The notes under the pieces: model-generated
What the model was told of the DNA's origin: nothing
Seen by the model: only the letters and a program-made list of their open reading frames with translations
The model's database searches: none
Source of the DNA: Chiloscyllium plagiosum
Lineage: Eukaryota
Assembly (NCBI RefSeq): GCF_004010195.1
Contig: NC_057759.1
Location: 5,384,154 to 5,448,153 of the forward strand
Direction of reading: 5' to 3'
DNA: 64,000 nt
In this document: one piece after another, positions 62,480 to 64,000 of the stretch
How the letters are laid out: the number at the start of each line of letters is the position of its first letter
Numbering within the stretch: position 1 is the first letter of the stretch
Program-made: the position numbers and the translations under genes

Positions 62480-63960
62480 CTAATGCAAGTGCATGTCTGG
62501 ATATGAAAGTTTCCTTATCTATCCATAGTTGTCAGTTTCTGCTCAGTGAATGTGTGGGGACAATTATCAAGATGTACCTGTTAAATGCTGCTCTGTGAAT
62601 ATCTGAGTGCAATTATCAAATTGCAATTATCAGTCAGCAAAATCTGTACAAATGTGCAAGTGAATGCAGTTATCAATCTGTCCCTGTCACACTCTGGTAA
62701 ATATATTTACATTTTCAAATCACAGAGACAAATAGGGACAGACTGATAACTACACTCATTCATTCACATAGCATAAACCGACAGGTGCAGGTTGATAACT
62801 GAACTCATGTATCCACATAGAGGAAACTGCCAGGGACTAGTTGATAAATACATTTTAAATAAATTGGATCAGTCTCTATGTGTTTCTCAGACTGATAACT
62901 ACACTCATTCATTCACATAGCATAAACCGACAGGTGCAGGTTGATAACTGAACTCATGTATCCACATAGAGGAAACTGTCAGGGACTAGTTGATAAATAC
63001 ATTTCATACATTTTAAATAAATTGGATCAGTCTCTATGTGTTTCTCCGATGTGGATATGCGAGGTTAGTTATCTATATATACCTGTTGGTTTCTGCCCTG
63101 TGAATGTGTTTGTTTGCTTACCAATCTGTCCTGAACAGTTTCTGCTGTGTGTCTGAGAGTGTATTTATCAACCTGAACCTGTCAGTTTCAGCTATGAGAA
63201 TGCGAGTTTCCATATTAGTCTCTACCTGTCAGTTTCTGCTGTATGAATATTAAATGCAGTCATCAATTTGTATCCATCAGTTATTCTGTGAGAATGTAGA
63301 TATTGATCTCTACCTGCAAGTTTAAGCTATATCAATACGGGAGAGCAATTATCAAACAGTATCTGTCAGGTTTTGCTATTTACCCTAGAGTGTCATTGTC
63401 AATCTGTTTCTTCTATGTCAATATGACAGTGTAGATACCAATCTGTCCTTGTCAGTTTCTTCTTTGTCAATATGTGAATACAGTTATTGATCAGTACCCA
63501 TCAGCTTCTGCTCTGTGAATGTGGATGTATTAGTCAAACTGTAGCTGTCGGTTTCAGTGATGTGAATGTGGGAGTATAGTTACCATTCTTACCTGTCATT
63601 TTCTTCTTTGTCAAAGTGAGTGTAACTGTCAATCTGTACCTTTCAGACTCTGCTCTGTGAATACATAAATATAGTTGTCAATCTGTAGCTGTCAGTTTCT
63701 GCTTGGTGAATATGTTTGTGTCATTGTCAATCCTTCCAGTTTCTACTATGTGAACATGTGAGCTGAGTTTTCACCTGTCGCTATCAGTTTCTGCTTTGTG
63801 AATGTGAGAGTTTAGATATCAATCTCTGTGTGTCAGGGTCTGTAATGTCAGTGTTTGAGTGTATTTAATCATCTTTTCCTGTCAGTTTGTGTGACTGTTG
63901 TTCTCAACCTGTACCTCTCAGATTGAGAGTGTCATTATCAATTTGATTTGATCTGCTTTT
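62480..63960. repeat. Degenerate ~46-bp tandem array with an inverted internal block and a 149-bp duplication
   Basis: Unit approximately ctgtcagtttctgctctgtgaatatgtgagtgcagttatcaatctgtac; 62739-62887 is repeated at 62888-63046. Confidence 0.75.
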
Positions 63961-64000
63961 TTATTGTTACACGCACTGAGATACAATGGAAAGTATTGTT

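Overview
Repeat-dense vertebrate genomic DNA, almost certainly from an elasmobranch (inferred from HE1/V-SINE-type tRNA SINEs with (TAGAT)n tails and shark-type CR1 LINEs). Most ORF-track entries are TE debris. The main non-repeat content is an Ig-superfamily immune receptor locus of Fc-receptor-like (FCRL/LITR-like) type, recovered by reading splice sites. The minus strand carries three phase-1 C2-type Ig exons (54183-54458, 50130-50411, 44122-44388), a 26-nt tail exon and a terminal ITIM exon. The 3' half of the gene also occurs as an inverted paralogue on the plus strand (arms about 1656-16893 and 31081-43445). The two arms are complementary. The right copy has lost the transmembrane and first ITIM exons through a ~3.1-kb deletion that keeps the frame, predicting a TM-less protein. 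The left copy keeps an Arg-containing TM and ITIM1 but has a 1-nt frameshift before the last exon. Between the arms lie a 500-N gap (so relative orientation and paralogue-versus-haplotype status are unproven), a decayed endogenous retrovirus (LTR, tRNA-Trp PBS, gag, protease), a Penelope-like element and CR1s. Short palindromic Penelope-derived inserts carry minimal hammerhead-ribozyme motifs and 14-15 bp target-site duplications. TE boundaries are approximate; exon boundaries were read base by base.
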